Origin: an uncultured Acidobacteriota bacterium
Lineage (GTDB): Bacteria; Acidobacteriota; Polarisedimenticolia; J045
Reading direction: 5' to 3'
Length of the DNA: 64,000 nucleotides
NCBI GenBank assembly: GCA_963702425.1
Contig: CAVPCQ010000006.1
Location: forward strand, 1-64,000
In this document: positions 20,930 to 31,296 of the stretch, in pieces
Layout of the letters: each line of letters opens with the position of its first letter
Numbering within the stretch: the first letter of the stretch is position 1
Translations under genes and position numbers: made by a program
The notes under the pieces: model-generated
The model's database searches: none
Told to the model about the DNA's origin: nothing
What the model saw: the letters and a program-made list of their open reading frames with translations, nothing else

Positions 20930-21544
20930 ATGAACCTCCCGACCAGTCTCACCCTGCTACGCATACTCTTCGTGCCGCTCCTCGTGGTGGTGCTGCTCGC
21001 GCCCCCGTGGCACTGGACGACGGTCCTGTTCTTCGGCGACGGCGGGCCGCCGGCACGCGAACTGCTGGGCGTGCTGATCTTCCTCGTCGCGACGATCACC
21101 GACATCCTCGACGGCTACCTCGCGCGCCGGCGCAACGAGGTGACGACGCTCGGCACCCTGCTCGACCCGATCGCCGACAAGCTCCTGATGTCGGCCGCCT
21201 TCATCTCGCTGGTCGAGATGAAGCTCGCCCCGGCTTGGATGGTGGTGATCATCATCGGGCGCGAGTTCCTGATCTCCGGCATGCGCTCGATTCTCGCGAC
21301 CCGGGGCTTCGCGCTGCCCGCGTCGGCCTGGGGCAAGGCCAAGACCGCCTCCCAGGTGATCGCGATTCTGTTGCTGATCCTGACCGACACGATCCACCGC
21401 CTGTCCGGTTTCGACTGGCTCGGGATCGGCGCGCTCTGGATCGCGATGCTGCTGACGATCGGCTCGGCTGTCGGGTACGTCGGGGAGTTCGTGCGACTCT
21501 ACCCCTCGCTCGGGGCCGGTCCGCCGGACCCGCGGCCGGATTGA
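20930..21544 (+). CDS. pgsA: CDP-diacylglycerol--glycerol-3-phosphate 3-phosphatidyltransferase
   Basis: MNLPTSLTLLRI, TDILDGYLARR...G.LLDPIADK CDP-alcohol phosphotransferase motif, GKAKT. Confidence 0.95.
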   Translation: MNLPTSLTLLRILFVPLLVVVLLAPPWHWTTVLFFGDGGPPARELLGVLIFLVATITDILDGYLARRRNEVTTLGTLLDPIADKLLMSAAFISLVEMKLAPAWMVVIIIGREFLISGMRSILATRGFALPASAWGKAKTASQVIAILLLILTDTIHRLSGFDWLGIGALWIAMLLTIGSAVGYVGEFVRLYPSLGAGPPDPRPD

Positions 21545-21553
21545 GGCCACGGC

Positions 21554-22219
21554 ATGGGCTGGGGGGCGCACGTTCGACGACAGCTGCTCGCGGGCTTCTT
21601 CTTCCTGCTCCCGTTCGGCGTCTCGATCTGGTTCTTCTTCTTCATGATGTCGCTGATCGATCGGCTCGCCGCGGACGAGCTGCGCGGCCTACTCCACGCG
21701 CCGGGCGAGTCGACGCGGGTCGAGGTCTGGGTCACGCGGCTGCTCGCGTTGCTCTTGACGCTCTTCGTGCTCTACCTGGTCGGCCTGTTCGGCACCCACG
21801 TCATCCGTCCGCAGCTGATGGAGGCGGGCGATCAGTGGATCTCGCGCGTGCCCTTCTTCGGCACGGTCTACCGCGCCACGCGCCAGATCTCGGACGCCCT
21901 GCGGGCCGGCGGCTCGGGCACCTTCCGCCGCTGCGTCCTGATCGAGTACCCGCGGGCCGGGATCTTCACGATCGCGTTCGTCAGCAACGCCCGCACGTTC
22001 GAGGCCGGGCAGCCGCCGCGCCGCGTCCTGCCGGTCTTTCTCCCGACCACCCCGAACCCGACCTCCGGTTTCTTCCTGCTCGTCCCCGAGGAGGACACGA
22101 TCCCGCTTGCCCTGACGGTCGAGGAGGGGATCAAGGTGATCGTGTCGGGCGGGATCTTCATGCCCGACCGGCTCTCGGTTCGCGGAGCGGACGCGCGCGG
22201 AGCAGAAGGAGGCGGAAGG
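21554..22219 (+). CDS. DUF502 membrane protein (reads in frame into cinA in this assembly)
   Basis: Two TM helices, VLIEYPR.G, VFLPTTPNPTSGF, TVEEGIKVIVSGG. Confidence 0.85.
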
Positions 22220-23518
22220 ATGAGGGTTCCGCAGGCCAGCCTGATCGCGATCGGCGACGAGCTCGTTTCGGCACGCCGGCCGGAGACGAACGGCCAGGTG
22301 ATCGTCCCCTGGCTCGAGGCGCTCGGCTGCGAAGTCCGCGCGCGCCTGCTGGTGCCCGACCGCGTCGACGCGATTGAGGCCGCGGTGGCCGCGGCGCTGG
22401 CCGGCGGCGCCGAGCTGGTCGTACTGTCGGGTGGACTCGGCCCGACCCACGACGACGTCGCGCGGCAAGGGATCGCTGCCGCGCTCGGGCTCCCGCTGGT
22501 TCTCGACGGGGCGGTTCAGGCGTCGATCGAGAGCCGGTTCCGCGAGCGTGGTCTCGAGATCCCCTCCGAGGTCGCGCGCCTCGCGCTGCGCCCGGAGGGG
22601 AGCGAGCTGGTCCCGAACCCGGTCGGGATGGCCCCCGGTTTTGTTGTGCGCCACGCCGGGGCGACGATCGTTGCCCTGCCGGGGGTGCCGCGCGAGTTCG
22701 AGACGATGTTCGAGCGCAAGCTGCTCCCGGAGCTGAGGCGCTCGCTCGTCGGGGCACTCGCGCGGCGCAGCGAGACGCTGCACGTCGTCGGGCTGACCGA
22801 GGCGGAGGTCGACCAGCGCGTCGCCAGCGCGGTCGAGACCGGCCCGCGGCTCTCCGTCAGCTTCGCCTCTCAGCGCAGCGAGGTGGAGGTCCTGGTCACG
22901 GCGCGGGCCGAGACGGAAGCGGAGGCGGCGCGCGCGCTCGAGCGGGCCAACGCGCGGCTGGAGGAAGCGCTGGGAGACCTGGTCTACGGGCGGGGCGAGG
23001 ACACCCTCGTCGGCGTCGTGGGACGCCTGCTCAGCGCACGCGGCTGGATGCTGGCGACGGCCGAATCGCTCTCCGGCGGGCTGCTCGCCAAGCGCATCAC
23101 CGACCAGCCGGGGTCATCCCGGTTCTTCCGCGGCGGCGTCGCCGCCTACCACGACGACCTGAAGCGCTCGCTGCTCGACGTGCCGGCCGAGGTGCTCGAG
23201 CACTGCGGCGCGGTCAGCGGCGAGACGGCACGCGCGATGGCGGAGGGGGCGCGTCGCCGGATGAACTCCCCGGTCGCGGTCTCGACGACCGGGATCGCCG
23301 GACCGACCGGGGGCTCGATCGATCGCCCGGTCGGGCTCGTCTACCTCGCGGTGGCCTGGCCGGAAGGGCTGCGCGTGCTGCGGTTTCTCTTTCCCGGGAA
23401 CCGGAACGAGATCCGCAGCGCCACCTCGGCGGCCGCACTCGACGAGACGCGGCGCGCTTTGGCCGGATTGCCGCCGCTGGGCGTGACGGTCGAGGAACGC
23501 TGCGGAGCCACGGGTTGA
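22220..23518 (+). CDS. cinA: CinA competence/damage-inducible protein (MoCF-like plus NMN deamidase domain)
   Basis: IAIGDEL, SGGLGPTHDD, LPGVPRE, ATAESLSGG, GAVS..TA.AMA.G, STTGIAGP; own RBS AAGGAGG. Confidence 0.93.
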   Translation: MRVPQASLIAIGDELVSARRPETNGQVIVPWLEALGCEVRARLLVPDRVDAIEAAVAAALAGGAELVVLSGGLGPTHDDVARQGIAAALGLPLVLDGAVQASIESRFRERGLEIPSEVARLALRPEGSELVPNPVGMAPGFVVRHAGATIVALPGVPREFETMFERKLLPELRRSLVGALARRSETLHVVGLTEAEVDQRVASAVETGPRLSVSFASQRSEVEVLVTARAETEAEAARALERANARLEEALGDLVYGRGEDTLVGVVGRLLSARGWMLATAESLSGGLLAKRITDQPGSSRFFRGGVAAYHDDLKRSLLDVPAEVLEHCGAVSGETARAMAEGARRRMNSPVAVSTTGIAGPTGGSIDRPVGLVYLAVAWPEGLRVLRFLFPGNRNEIRSATSAAALDETRRALAGLPPLGVTVEERCGATG

Positions 23519-23523
23519 TCGGG

Positions 23524-24086
23524 ATGAGGCTCTTCTTCGCGGTCCCGGCCCCCACCGCCGTACGGGCCGCCCTGGCCGAGTGGGGGCGCGAAGCGCGCCG
23601 GCGCGCGGACGGCTGGCGGTGGGTCGATCCGTCGACGATCCACCTCACGCTGCGGTTCCTGGGGGAGACCGACGAGGCGCTCGTGGCACCGCTGGTCGAG
23701 GCGGCGCGGGAGATCGCCAGCCGGGAGCCCCGGCACGCGGTGACCGTCCGGGGCTGGGGCGTCTTCCCGAACCCCTCGCGGCCGCGGGTGCTCTGGGCCG
23801 GACTGGCCGGCGAGACATCACACCTCGCCGCGGATCGCCGCGGCGTTGGAGTCGGAGGCCCGCGAGCGTGGCTTCGCGCCGGAGGAGCGTGGCTTCCGAG
23901 CGCACCTGACCCTGGCCCGCGCGGCGCGATGCACGGCCGCGGCTGCCGGGCCCGCCCGACGACGAGCAGCCCGACTTCGGGCTGTTCCCGGTGGCGGAGA
24001 TCGTGCTCGTCCGCAGCCACCTCGGGCAGGGGGGAGCGGTCTACGAACCCCTCGCCCGCGTGCCGCTCGGTGACGCGACGCCGTGA
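23524..24086 (+). CDS. thpR: RNA 2',3'-cyclic phosphodiesterase, 2H family (apparent frameshifts near 23835 and 23930-23960)
   Basis: MRLFFAV, HLTLRFLG, PRVLWAG, second HLTLAR and LVRSHL...YEPL tail in other frames. Confidence 0.88.
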
Positions 24087-24739
24087 GCGCCGCGCTGGCA
24101 GCGGCCGCGTCGTTTCTCGCCGGCTACCTTCCGGGCTCGATCCCCTTCGGCCTGCTGCTGGTCCGGGCGGTCCGGGGGACCGATCTCCGCTCGCACGGCT
24201 CGGGCAACATCGGGGCGACGAACGCGCTGCGGACCGCGGGGCGGGGGCTGGGCTTCGCGACCCTCGCGCTCGACGTGCTCAAAGGGGTCGTCGGCTACTA
24301 CGTCGCACTTCGCGCCGGGCAGGCGCTCGGGGCGCCGTGGCCCCAGTTCTGGGCTGCACTCGGCCCGATCGCGGGCCACTGCTTTCCCGTCTGGCTGCGC
24401 TTCGCCGGGGGGAAGGGCGTGGCGACGGCGCTCGGCGTGCTCGCCGTCGCCGACCCGAGGGTGCTCGGCCTGGCGGCGCTCGTCTTCTTCGCGCTCGCCG
24501 TGCCGACACGCCGCGTGTCGCTCGGCTCGATCGGCGCCGCCGTCACTGCGGCGGTCGCGGCCTTCACCCTCCCGGGCCCGGGACCGCGCGGTGGCCTCGA
24601 TCCGGGGCTGGCCTACGGCATCCTCGCGGCAACGGCCATCGTGGTGTTCCGGCACCGGACGAACATCGGGCGCCTGCTGCGCGGCACGGAGCCGCCGATC
24701 GGGCGCAAGGCCGACGGGCTCGACGAGGATCGGGCATGA
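24083..24739 (+). CDS. plsY: Glycerol-3-phosphate acyltransferase PlsY
   Basis: GSIPFG, GSGNIGATNALR, DVLKG, GHCFPVW..F.GGKGVAT, RHRTNIGRL. Confidence 0.96.
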   Translation: MSAALAAAASFLAGYLPGSIPFGLLLVRAVRGTDLRSHGSGNIGATNALRTAGRGLGFATLALDVLKGVVGYYVALRAGQALGAPWPQFWAALGPIAGHCFPVWLRFAGGKGVATALGVLAVADPRVLGLAALVFFALAVPTRRVSLGSIGAAVTAAVAAFTLPGPGPRGGLDPGLAYGILAATAIVVFRHRTNIGRLLRGTEPPIGRKADGLDEDRA

Positions 24740-25753
24740 CCGAGAAGGCGGCGGTACTCGGGGCCGGTTCCTGGGGGACCGCGCTCGCGGTGCACCTCGG
24801 GCGGCGGGGGCCGGTGGCGCTCTGGGCCCGCGCGGCGGACGATCCCGAGCGGATCGCGGAGCACGGCGAGAATCGCCGCTACCTGCCGGGCGTGCCGCTG
24901 TCGCCGGGCGTGACGGTCACCGGCGAGGTGGCCCGGGCGCTCGACGGTGCCGGCGTGGTGGTGCTGGCGGTCCCGACGCAGTTCGTGCGGGGCTTCCTCG
25001 CCGAGCATCGCGCTGCCGGGTCCTGGCAGCCGCCGATCGCGATCGCGGCGAAGGGGATCGAGGTCGGCACGCTGGCGCTCCCGTCGGCGATCGTCGGCCA
25101 GGTGCTGGGCGAGGATGCCGCGGCGCGCTCGGTCGCCTTCTCCGGGCCGTCGTTCGCGCGCGAAGTGGTCGCCGGCGAACCGACCGCCGTCGTCGCGGCG
25201 TGCGCCGACGCGAGGCAGGCCGAGCGGGTGCAGCAGCTCTTCAGCCACGACAACCTGCGCGTCTACACCAGTCCCGACGCGGTCGGAGTGCAGCTCGCGG
25301 GGGCGCTCAAGAACGTGGTCGCGATCGCGGCCGGCGTGCTGGACGGCCTCGGGAACGGGAGCAACGCGCTGGCCGCGCTGATCACGCGCGGGAATGCCGA
25401 GATCTCCCGCCTCGGCGTCGCCATGGGGGCGCGGCGCGACACCTTCATGGGCCTGGCGGGGATGGGCGACCTGGTCCTCACGTGCACCGGGACACCTCTC
25501 GCGCAATCGCCTGCTCGGGCGCGAGCTGGCGCGGGGCCGGTCGCTTGCGGAAATCGTCGGCGGGATGAACATGGTGGCGGAAGGGGTCGAGACGACCCGC
25601 GCCGCGGCGATGCTGGCGCGCAGCCGGGGGATCGAGATGCCGATCGTCGACCAGGTCCACGCGATCCTCTTCGAGGGGATGGAACCGCGCCGGGCGCTGG
25701 CGGCACTGCTGGCGCGCCCGCTGAAGGCCGAGACCGAGGATCCCCGCCCGTGA
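24736..25753 (+). CDS. gpsA: NAD(P)H-dependent glycerol-3-phosphate dehydrogenase (apparent frameshift near 25495)
   Basis: GAGSWGTALA, KGIE, SGPSFA, GALKNVVAIAAG, GMGDLVLTC; then SRNR, VAEGV, EMPI in second frame. Confidence 0.93.
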
Positions 25754-26553
25754 TCGACACCCACTGCCACCTCCTTCCCGGCCTCGACGACGGTGCGCCG
25801 GACGACGCCGTCGCGCTCGCCATGGCGCGTCTGGCCGTCGCCGACGGCGTGACGGCGATCGTCGCGACGCCGCACATGCGGGAAGGGGACTACCTCAACG
25901 AGCGGCCGACGGTGATCGAGGCGGTCGAGCACTTCCGCGAGCTGCTGGCGCGCGAGGCGGTGCCGCTCGCGATCGAACCCGGCTCCGAGGTGCACCTCTC
26001 CGCGCGCCTGGTCGAGCGGATCGTCGAGCGCCGGATCCTGGCCTACGGGGACCGCCAGCCGGAGGCGGGGCGGCCGGCCTACCTGCTGCTCGAGTGCCCC
26101 TACCGCAACCGCCCGATCCGGCTCGAGGAAACGGTCTTCGAGCTCCTGCTCGGAGGGATCGTGCCGGTCATCGCCCACCCCGAGCGGATCCGCTGGTTCC
26201 AGGAGGATCCGACGCGCTACGAGGCGCTCGTCACGCGGGGCGTTCTCGGGCAGATGACCACCTCGAGCCTGCTCGGCACGTTCGGCAAGTCGGTCCAGAC
26301 GCTGGCCGAGTCGTTCGTGCGGCGCGGTCTGGTCCACCTGCTGGCCAGCGATGCGCACGACACGGAATACCGGCCGCCGCTGCTCGCGGAGGGGCGGCGA
26401 CGGTGGGCCGAACTGGCCGGGGAGGCGTCGGCCGAGTCGGCGACTGCCGGGATCCCGCGCGCCCTCGTCGAGGGGCGCGCGATCGAGGTGGCGCCGCCGC
26501 GCGCCGAGCCGCGGCCCCGCGGCCTCTGGGAGCGGCTGCTCGGTGGCCGCTGA
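25750..26553 (+). CDS. CpsB/CapC/YwqE-type PHP protein-tyrosine phosphatase
   Basis: IDTHCHLLPGLDDG, ATPH, IAHPER, ASDAH. Confidence 0.9.
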   Translation: MIDTHCHLLPGLDDGAPDDAVALAMARLAVADGVTAIVATPHMREGDYLNERPTVIEAVEHFRELLAREAVPLAIEPGSEVHLSARLVERIVERRILAYGDRQPEAGRPAYLLLECPYRNRPIRLEETVFELLLGGIVPVIAHPERIRWFQEDPTRYEALVTRGVLGQMTTSSLLGTFGKSVQTLAESFVRRGLVHLLASDAHDTEYRPPLLAEGRRRWAELAGEASAESATAGIPRALVEGRAIEVAPPRAEPRPRGLWERLLGGR

Positions 26554-26590
26554 GCGATCCGGTATCCTCCCCAGGTCCAGGAGGGTTCAG

Positions 26591-27346
26591 ATGGGAAGAT
26601 GGTCCGTGGCCGCGCTCGCCGCTCTGGCCGGGCTGGCGGCCGGATGCGCCTCGTCGAGCGCCCCGGCGCCGACCGAGTCCGGCCCGCTGCAGCACTACCA
26701 GATGGCGCGGATGTACTTCGAGCAGGGGCGGACCGACGACGCGCTCAAGGAGATCGACCTCTCGCTGCGCAAGGACGACGCGCTGCCGCAGGTCCACTTC
26801 TACCAGGGGTTCATCTACTACAGCCTCGGCGACCCGGCGAAGGCCGTCCCGTCGTTCGAGGCGGCGATCCAGCGTGACCCCTACTACACCGATGCGCGGA
26901 TGTACCTCGCCGCCTCCTACGAGGAGCTGGGGCGGCCGCAGGACGCCCTGGCCGAACTCGACCGGGCGCTGTCCAACAGGACCTACCCGACGCCGGAGAA
27001 GATCCTGGTCAACAAGGCGCTGATCCTGGCCCGGCAGGGGCAGTACGAACCGGCCCTGGCGGCGCTGCGCCAGGCGATCGATCTCAAGCCGCGCTACTAC
27101 CGCGCGCACTTCGAGACGGCGCAGATCCTCGAGACGACCGGCCGCGGGAAGGAGGCACTCGCGGCCTATGAGACCGCTGCGCCGGGGTACGTCGAGGACG
27201 CCGCGTTCCACCTCGCCTACGGGAGCGCGCTGTTCCGCGCGCGGCGCGAGGCGGAGGCGAAGGTCGAGCTGAAGCGCGCGATCGAGCTGGCGCCCGGCTC
27301 GACGGTCGCGGCCAAGGCGAGCGAGCTGCTGGGGATGATCGACTGA
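26591..27346 (+). CDS. TPR lipoprotein (PilF/PilW-like)
   Basis: Lipobox LAAGC; tandem TPRs; YPTPEKILVN segment resembles PilF family; AGGAGG RBS. Confidence 0.75.
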   Translation: MGRWSVAALAALAGLAAGCASSSAPAPTESGPLQHYQMARMYFEQGRTDDALKEIDLSLRKDDALPQVHFYQGFIYYSLGDPAKAVPSFEAAIQRDPYYTDARMYLAASYEELGRPQDALAELDRALSNRTYPTPEKILVNKALILARQGQYEPALAALRQAIDLKPRYYRAHFETAQILETTGRGKEALAAYETAAPGYVEDAAFHLAYGSALFRARREAEAKVELKRAIELAPGSTVAAKASELLGMID

Positions 27347-28281
27347 TGTTCGGACGGTTGCGCCAGAAGATCGTCGACGGGCTGAAGAAGACGCGGGACG
27401 CGATCACCGACCGCGTCGAGCGGATCGCGTCGGTCGGTCGCCCGGTCGACGACGCGCTGCTGGACGAGCTGGAGGAGGTGCTGGTCGCCGCCGACCTGGG
27501 CCCGGAGCTCGCCTCCGAGCTGCGCGGGCGGATCGGGACCCGGTTGCGCGGCCAGGCGGTGGACGGGCCGGCCCAGGTGATCGCCGTGCTGCGCGAGGAG
27601 ATCCTTGCGCTGCTTCCGCCGCAGATGCCCGAGGCGCGGCCTGGAGCGCCGCCGCGCGTGACCCTCGTCGTCGGCGTCAACGGTTCGGGCAAGACCACCA
27701 CCGCCGGGAAGCTCGCGGCGCTCTGGGGCCGCGAAGGGCGCAAGGTGGTCGTTGCCGCGGCCGACACGTTCCGCGCCGCCGCGGTCGAGCAGATGGCGAT
27801 CTGGGCGGAGCGATCGGGGGCGGCGGTGGTGCGCTCGCAGCCCGGCGCGGATCCCGCATCGGTGGCGTTCGATGCCGCCCGCGCGGCGCGCGCCCGCGCC
27901 GCCGACGAACTGCTCGTCGACACCGCCGGCCGCCTGCACAACAAGAAGCCGCTGATGGACGAGCTGGCCAAGATCGCGCGCGCCGTCGCGAAGGAGGTTC
28001 CCGGGGCGCCGCACGAGACGCTCCTCGTGCTCGACGGCACGACCGGTCGCAACGCGGTGATCCAGGCCCGCGAGTTCACGCGCGTCGCCCCGGTCACCGG
28101 CCTCGTGCTGACCAAGCTCGACGGCACCGCCCGCGGCGGCGTGGCGGTCGCCATCGGGCGCGAGCTCGGGATCCCGGTCCGTTACATCGGGGTCGGGGAG
28201 GGGGCCGAGGACCTGCTCCTGTTCGACCCCGAGGAGTACGTGCAGGGCCTGCTCGCCCCGGCGGGCGCGAGGGGCGAATGA
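27346..28281 (+). CDS. ftsY: SRP receptor FtsY
   Basis: GVNGSGKTTT, DTFRAAA, DTAGRLH, TKLDGTARGG, GVGE. Confidence 0.97.
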   Translation: MFGRLRQKIVDGLKKTRDAITDRVERIASVGRPVDDALLDELEEVLVAADLGPELASELRGRIGTRLRGQAVDGPAQVIAVLREEILALLPPQMPEARPGAPPRVTLVVGVNGSGKTTTAGKLAALWGREGRKVVVAAADTFRAAAVEQMAIWAERSGAAVVRSQPGADPASVAFDAARAARARAADELLVDTAGRLHNKKPLMDELAKIARAVAKEVPGAPHETLLVLDGTTGRNAVIQAREFTRVAPVTGLVLTKLDGTARGGVAVAIGRELGIPVRYIGVGEGAEDLLLFDPEEYVQGLLAPAGARGE

Positions 28282-29411
28282 GCCGATCCGCCGCCGACGC
28301 GTGGCTGGCTCGCGCGTTCGAGCTGGCGGAGCGGGGAGGCCGCGCCACCGCCCCCAACCCGCGCGTCGGGGCGGTCGTCGTGAGTGGCGGAGAGGTCGCC
28401 GGCGAGGGCTGGCACCGCGCCTGCGGTGGCCTGCACGCGGAGGCCTGGGCGCTCGACGCGGCCGGGGAGCGGGCGCGCGGTGCCACGCTCTACAGCTCAC
28501 TCGAGCCCTGTCCCCACGAGGGGCGCCAGCCGCCGTGCGTCGAGCGGATCGTCCGGGCGGGCGTGGCGCGTGTCGTGGTCGGCCTCGTCGACCCCGATCC
28601 GCAGGTTTCTGGAGCGGGGATCGCGGCGCTGCGCCACGCAGGAATCCAGGTCGCGCTGGCGGAGGGTGCGTTGGCCCGCGCCGCGGGACGGCTGATCGAG
28701 GACTACCTCGTCCACCGCCGCGAGGGCCGGGCCCTGGCCGCACTCAAGATCGCGGCGACGCTCGACGGCCGGATCGCCGACCGGGACGGGGCGTCGCGCT
28801 GGGTGACGGGGGAGCCGGCCCGTGCCGCGGGGCGCGCACTGCGCTCGCGGTACGGGGCGATCCTCGTCGGCGTCCGCACCGTGCTCGCGGACGACCCGCA
28901 GCTGCTCCCTTCCGACCTCGACGAGGGCGGGCCCTTCCTGCGCTGCGTGGTCGACGGTGCACTGTCGGTTCCGTCCGTGGCACGGCTCTTCGCGCATGAG
29001 CGCGAGCGGGCGCCGGTCCTGGTCTACACGGCCCCGGACGCCGATCCGGCGCGCCGCGCCGCGCTCGAGCGGGCCGGGGCGCTCGTCGTCACGCTCGGGC
29101 CGCCGGGAGGGCCGGTGCCGCCGGGCGAGATCCTGCGCGACCTCGCAGGGCGCGGGATCCTGGGGGTGCTGGTCGAGGGGGGCGGCGCCACGCACGGGCA
29201 CTTCGTCGAGGCCGGGCTGGCCGACAAGCTCCATTGGTTTCTTGCGCCGCGCCTGCTCGCCGACCCCGCGGCGCGTCCGGCGGTCGCCGGCCCCGCCCGA
29301 ACCCTCGACCGGACCTGGGAGGGTGCCTTTGCCGAGGTGACCCCGCTGGGGGAAGATCTGCTCCTCACCCTCTATCCGCGCGGAGCGCAGGCGTGTTCAC
29401 CGGACTCGTAG
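28278..29411 (+). CDS. ribD: Riboflavin biosynthesis deaminase/reductase
   Basis: PNPRVGAV, HAE, LEPC.H.GRQPPC, TLDGRIA, VEGG. Confidence 0.95.
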   Translation: MSRSAADAWLARAFELAERGGRATAPNPRVGAVVVSGGEVAGEGWHRACGGLHAEAWALDAAGERARGATLYSSLEPCPHEGRQPPCVERIVRAGVARVVVGLVDPDPQVSGAGIAALRHAGIQVALAEGALARAAGRLIEDYLVHRREGRALAALKIAATLDGRIADRDGASRWVTGEPARAAGRALRSRYGAILVGVRTVLADDPQLLPSDLDEGGPFLRCVVDGALSVPSVARLFAHERERAPVLVYTAPDADPARRAALERAGALVVTLGPPGGPVPPGEILRDLAGRGILGVLVEGGGATHGHFVEAGLADKLHWFLAPRLLADPAARPAVAGPARTLDRTWEGAFAEVTPLGEDLLLTLYPRGAQACSPDS

Positions 29412-30002
29412 ACTCCCAGGGGCGACTGCTCGCGACCCGCCGCCAAGGCAGTGGGCTCCAGCCTCGGCGTCGCGCACGCCCTCCGGGGCGGGCCGCTCGA
29501 GCCGGGTGAGAGCGTGGCGACCGATGGGGTTTGCCTGACGGTGACCGAGGTGGGGCCGAAGCGCTTCGCGGCCGAACTGTCGCCGGAGACGCTGGGGCGC
29601 ACCGGCGGCTCGGCGCGCTGGCGGGCGGGCCGCCCGGTCAACCTGGAGCGCGCGCTCGAGGCGGGAGGACGGATCGGCGGACACGTGGTGCAAGGACACG
29701 CGGACGGCCTGCTGCGCATCGTCGGATGGCGGCGGCTGCCGGGGGGGTGGGTCGAGGCCCGCCTCGAGCTGCCGGCCGCGGCGCGCGACTGGATCGTGGA
29801 GAAAGGCTCGGTTGCGCTCGACGGCGTGAGCCTGACCGTCTCGCGGGTTGGCGGCGCCTGGTTCGAGTGCGCGCTGGTCCCCGCCACGCTGGCGGCCACG
29901 ACGCTCGGCGCGCGGCGCCCCGGCGACCGGCTGGTCGCCGAGTTCGACGTCCTGGCCAAGGTGGCTGCGCAGGCCGTGGCGCGCGGCGGGGGGCGGGCCT
30001 GA
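29393..30002 (+). CDS. ribE: Riboflavin synthase alpha chain (apparent frameshift near 29460)
   Basis: GTG start MFTGLV; [40 protein letters not shown]. Confidence 0.92.
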
Positions 30003-31204
30003 TGCTGTTCGCACCGATCGAGCAGGCGCTGGCCGAGCTGCGCGCCGGGCGGATGATCGTCGTCTGCGACGACGAGGACCGCGAGAACGAAGGCGACCTC
30101 ACGATCGCGGCCGAGAAGGTCACCCCCGCGGCGATCAACTTCATGGCCACCCACGGGCGCGGCCTGATCTGCCTCGCGATGACGGAAGAGCGGCTCGACG
30201 AGCTCCAGGTGCCGCTGATGGTGCGCGAAAACCAGACCCGGTTCCAGACCGCGTTCTGCGTCTCGATCGAGGCGAGGAGCGGCACGACGACCGGGATCAG
30301 CGCGGGCGACCGCGCGGCGACGGTGCTGGCCGCGATCGATCCCGCGACGCGGCCGGAGGACCTGCTCCGGCCAGGGCACATGTTCCCACTCCGCGCGGTC
30401 CGGGGCGGCGTGCTGCGACGGGCGGGGCAGACCGAGGCGGCGGTCGACCTGGCGCGGCTCGCGGGGATGTACCCGGCCGGCGTGATCTGCGAGGTCATGA
30501 ACGGCGACGGCACGATGTCCCGCGTGCCCGACCTCGAGCGGTTCTGCGCCGTCCACGGCATCCAGATGATCACGATCGCCGACCTGATCCGCTATCGGAT
30601 GCAGCACGAGCGGCTGGTCACGCGGATCGCCGCGCCGACGCTGCCGACCGACATGGGCGAGTTCCAGCTCTACGCCTACGAGAACATGCTCGACGGCCAG
30701 ACCCACCTGGCCCTCGTGCACGGTCAGGTCCAGGGCGGCGAGCCGGTGCTGGTGCGGGTCCACAGCGAGTGCCTGACCGGCGACGTCTTTCACTCGCGGC
30801 GCTGCGACTGCGGCGATCAGCTCCACCGCGCGATGGAGGCCGTCACCGCGGCCGGGTGCGGGGTGATCGTCTATCTGCGGCAGGAGGGGCGCGGCATCGG
30901 GCTAGCCAACAAGCTGCGCGCCTACGAGCTGCAGGAGCAGGGGCTCGACACGGTCGAGGCCAACCTCCAGCTCGGGTTCGCGGCCGATCAGCGCGAGTAC
31001 GGCGTCGGGGCCCAGATCCTGGCCGACCTCGGCGTGCGGCGGCTGCGGCTCCTGACCAACAACCCGAGGAAGTTCGTCGCCCTGTCCGGGTTCGGGCTCG
31101 AAGTCGTAGAGCGCGTTCCACTCGAGGTCGCGCCGCACGCGGTGAACGCCCAGTACCTCCGGACCAAGCGCGAAAAGCTGGGGCACATCCTGGGCCAGGG
31201 CTAG
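30002..31204 (+). CDS. ribBA: Bifunctional DHBP synthase / GTP cyclohydrolase II
   Basis: [47 protein letters not shown]. Confidence 0.97.
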   Translation: MLFAPIEQALAELRAGRMIVVCDDEDRENEGDLTIAAEKVTPAAINFMATHGRGLICLAMTEERLDELQVPLMVRENQTRFQTAFCVSIEARSGTTTGISAGDRAATVLAAIDPATRPEDLLRPGHMFPLRAVRGGVLRRAGQTEAAVDLARLAGMYPAGVICEVMNGDGTMSRVPDLERFCAVHGIQMITIADLIRYRMQHERLVTRIAAPTLPTDMGEFQLYAYENMLDGQTHLALVHGQVQGGEPVLVRVHSECLTGDVFHSRRCDCGDQLHRAMEAVTAAGCGVIVYLRQEGRGIGLANKLRAYELQEQGLDTVEANLQLGFAADQREYGVGAQILADLGVRRLRLLTNNPRKFVALSGFGLEVVERVPLEVAPHAVNAQYLRTKREKLGHILGQG

Positions 31205-31227
31205 GTCCCGTTCCCGGCGGGAAGTGC

Positions 31228-31255
31228 TTGACCGGGCGGGAGATTCCGCTAGTCT
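31228..31255 (+). promoter_or_regulatory. sigma70-type promoter of the ffh operon
   Basis: TTGACC-16 nt-TAGTCT. Confidence 0.45.
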
Positions 31256-31296
31256 TAGTCGTTTGCGCGCGCCGTGGCGGCGCGGGGGATAGAGCT

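Noticed and set aside
23515-26553. 1012 aa ORF joining ThpR, GpsA and CpsB-like domains
   Set aside because: Chimera from frameshifts and stop-poor GC-rich frames; it runs out of frame across plsY, and each gene has its own overlap start
29848-31296. Long N-terminal extension on Ffh
   Set aside because: Off-frame read across ribBA; Ffh homology begins at TTG 31297 after a promoter-like element
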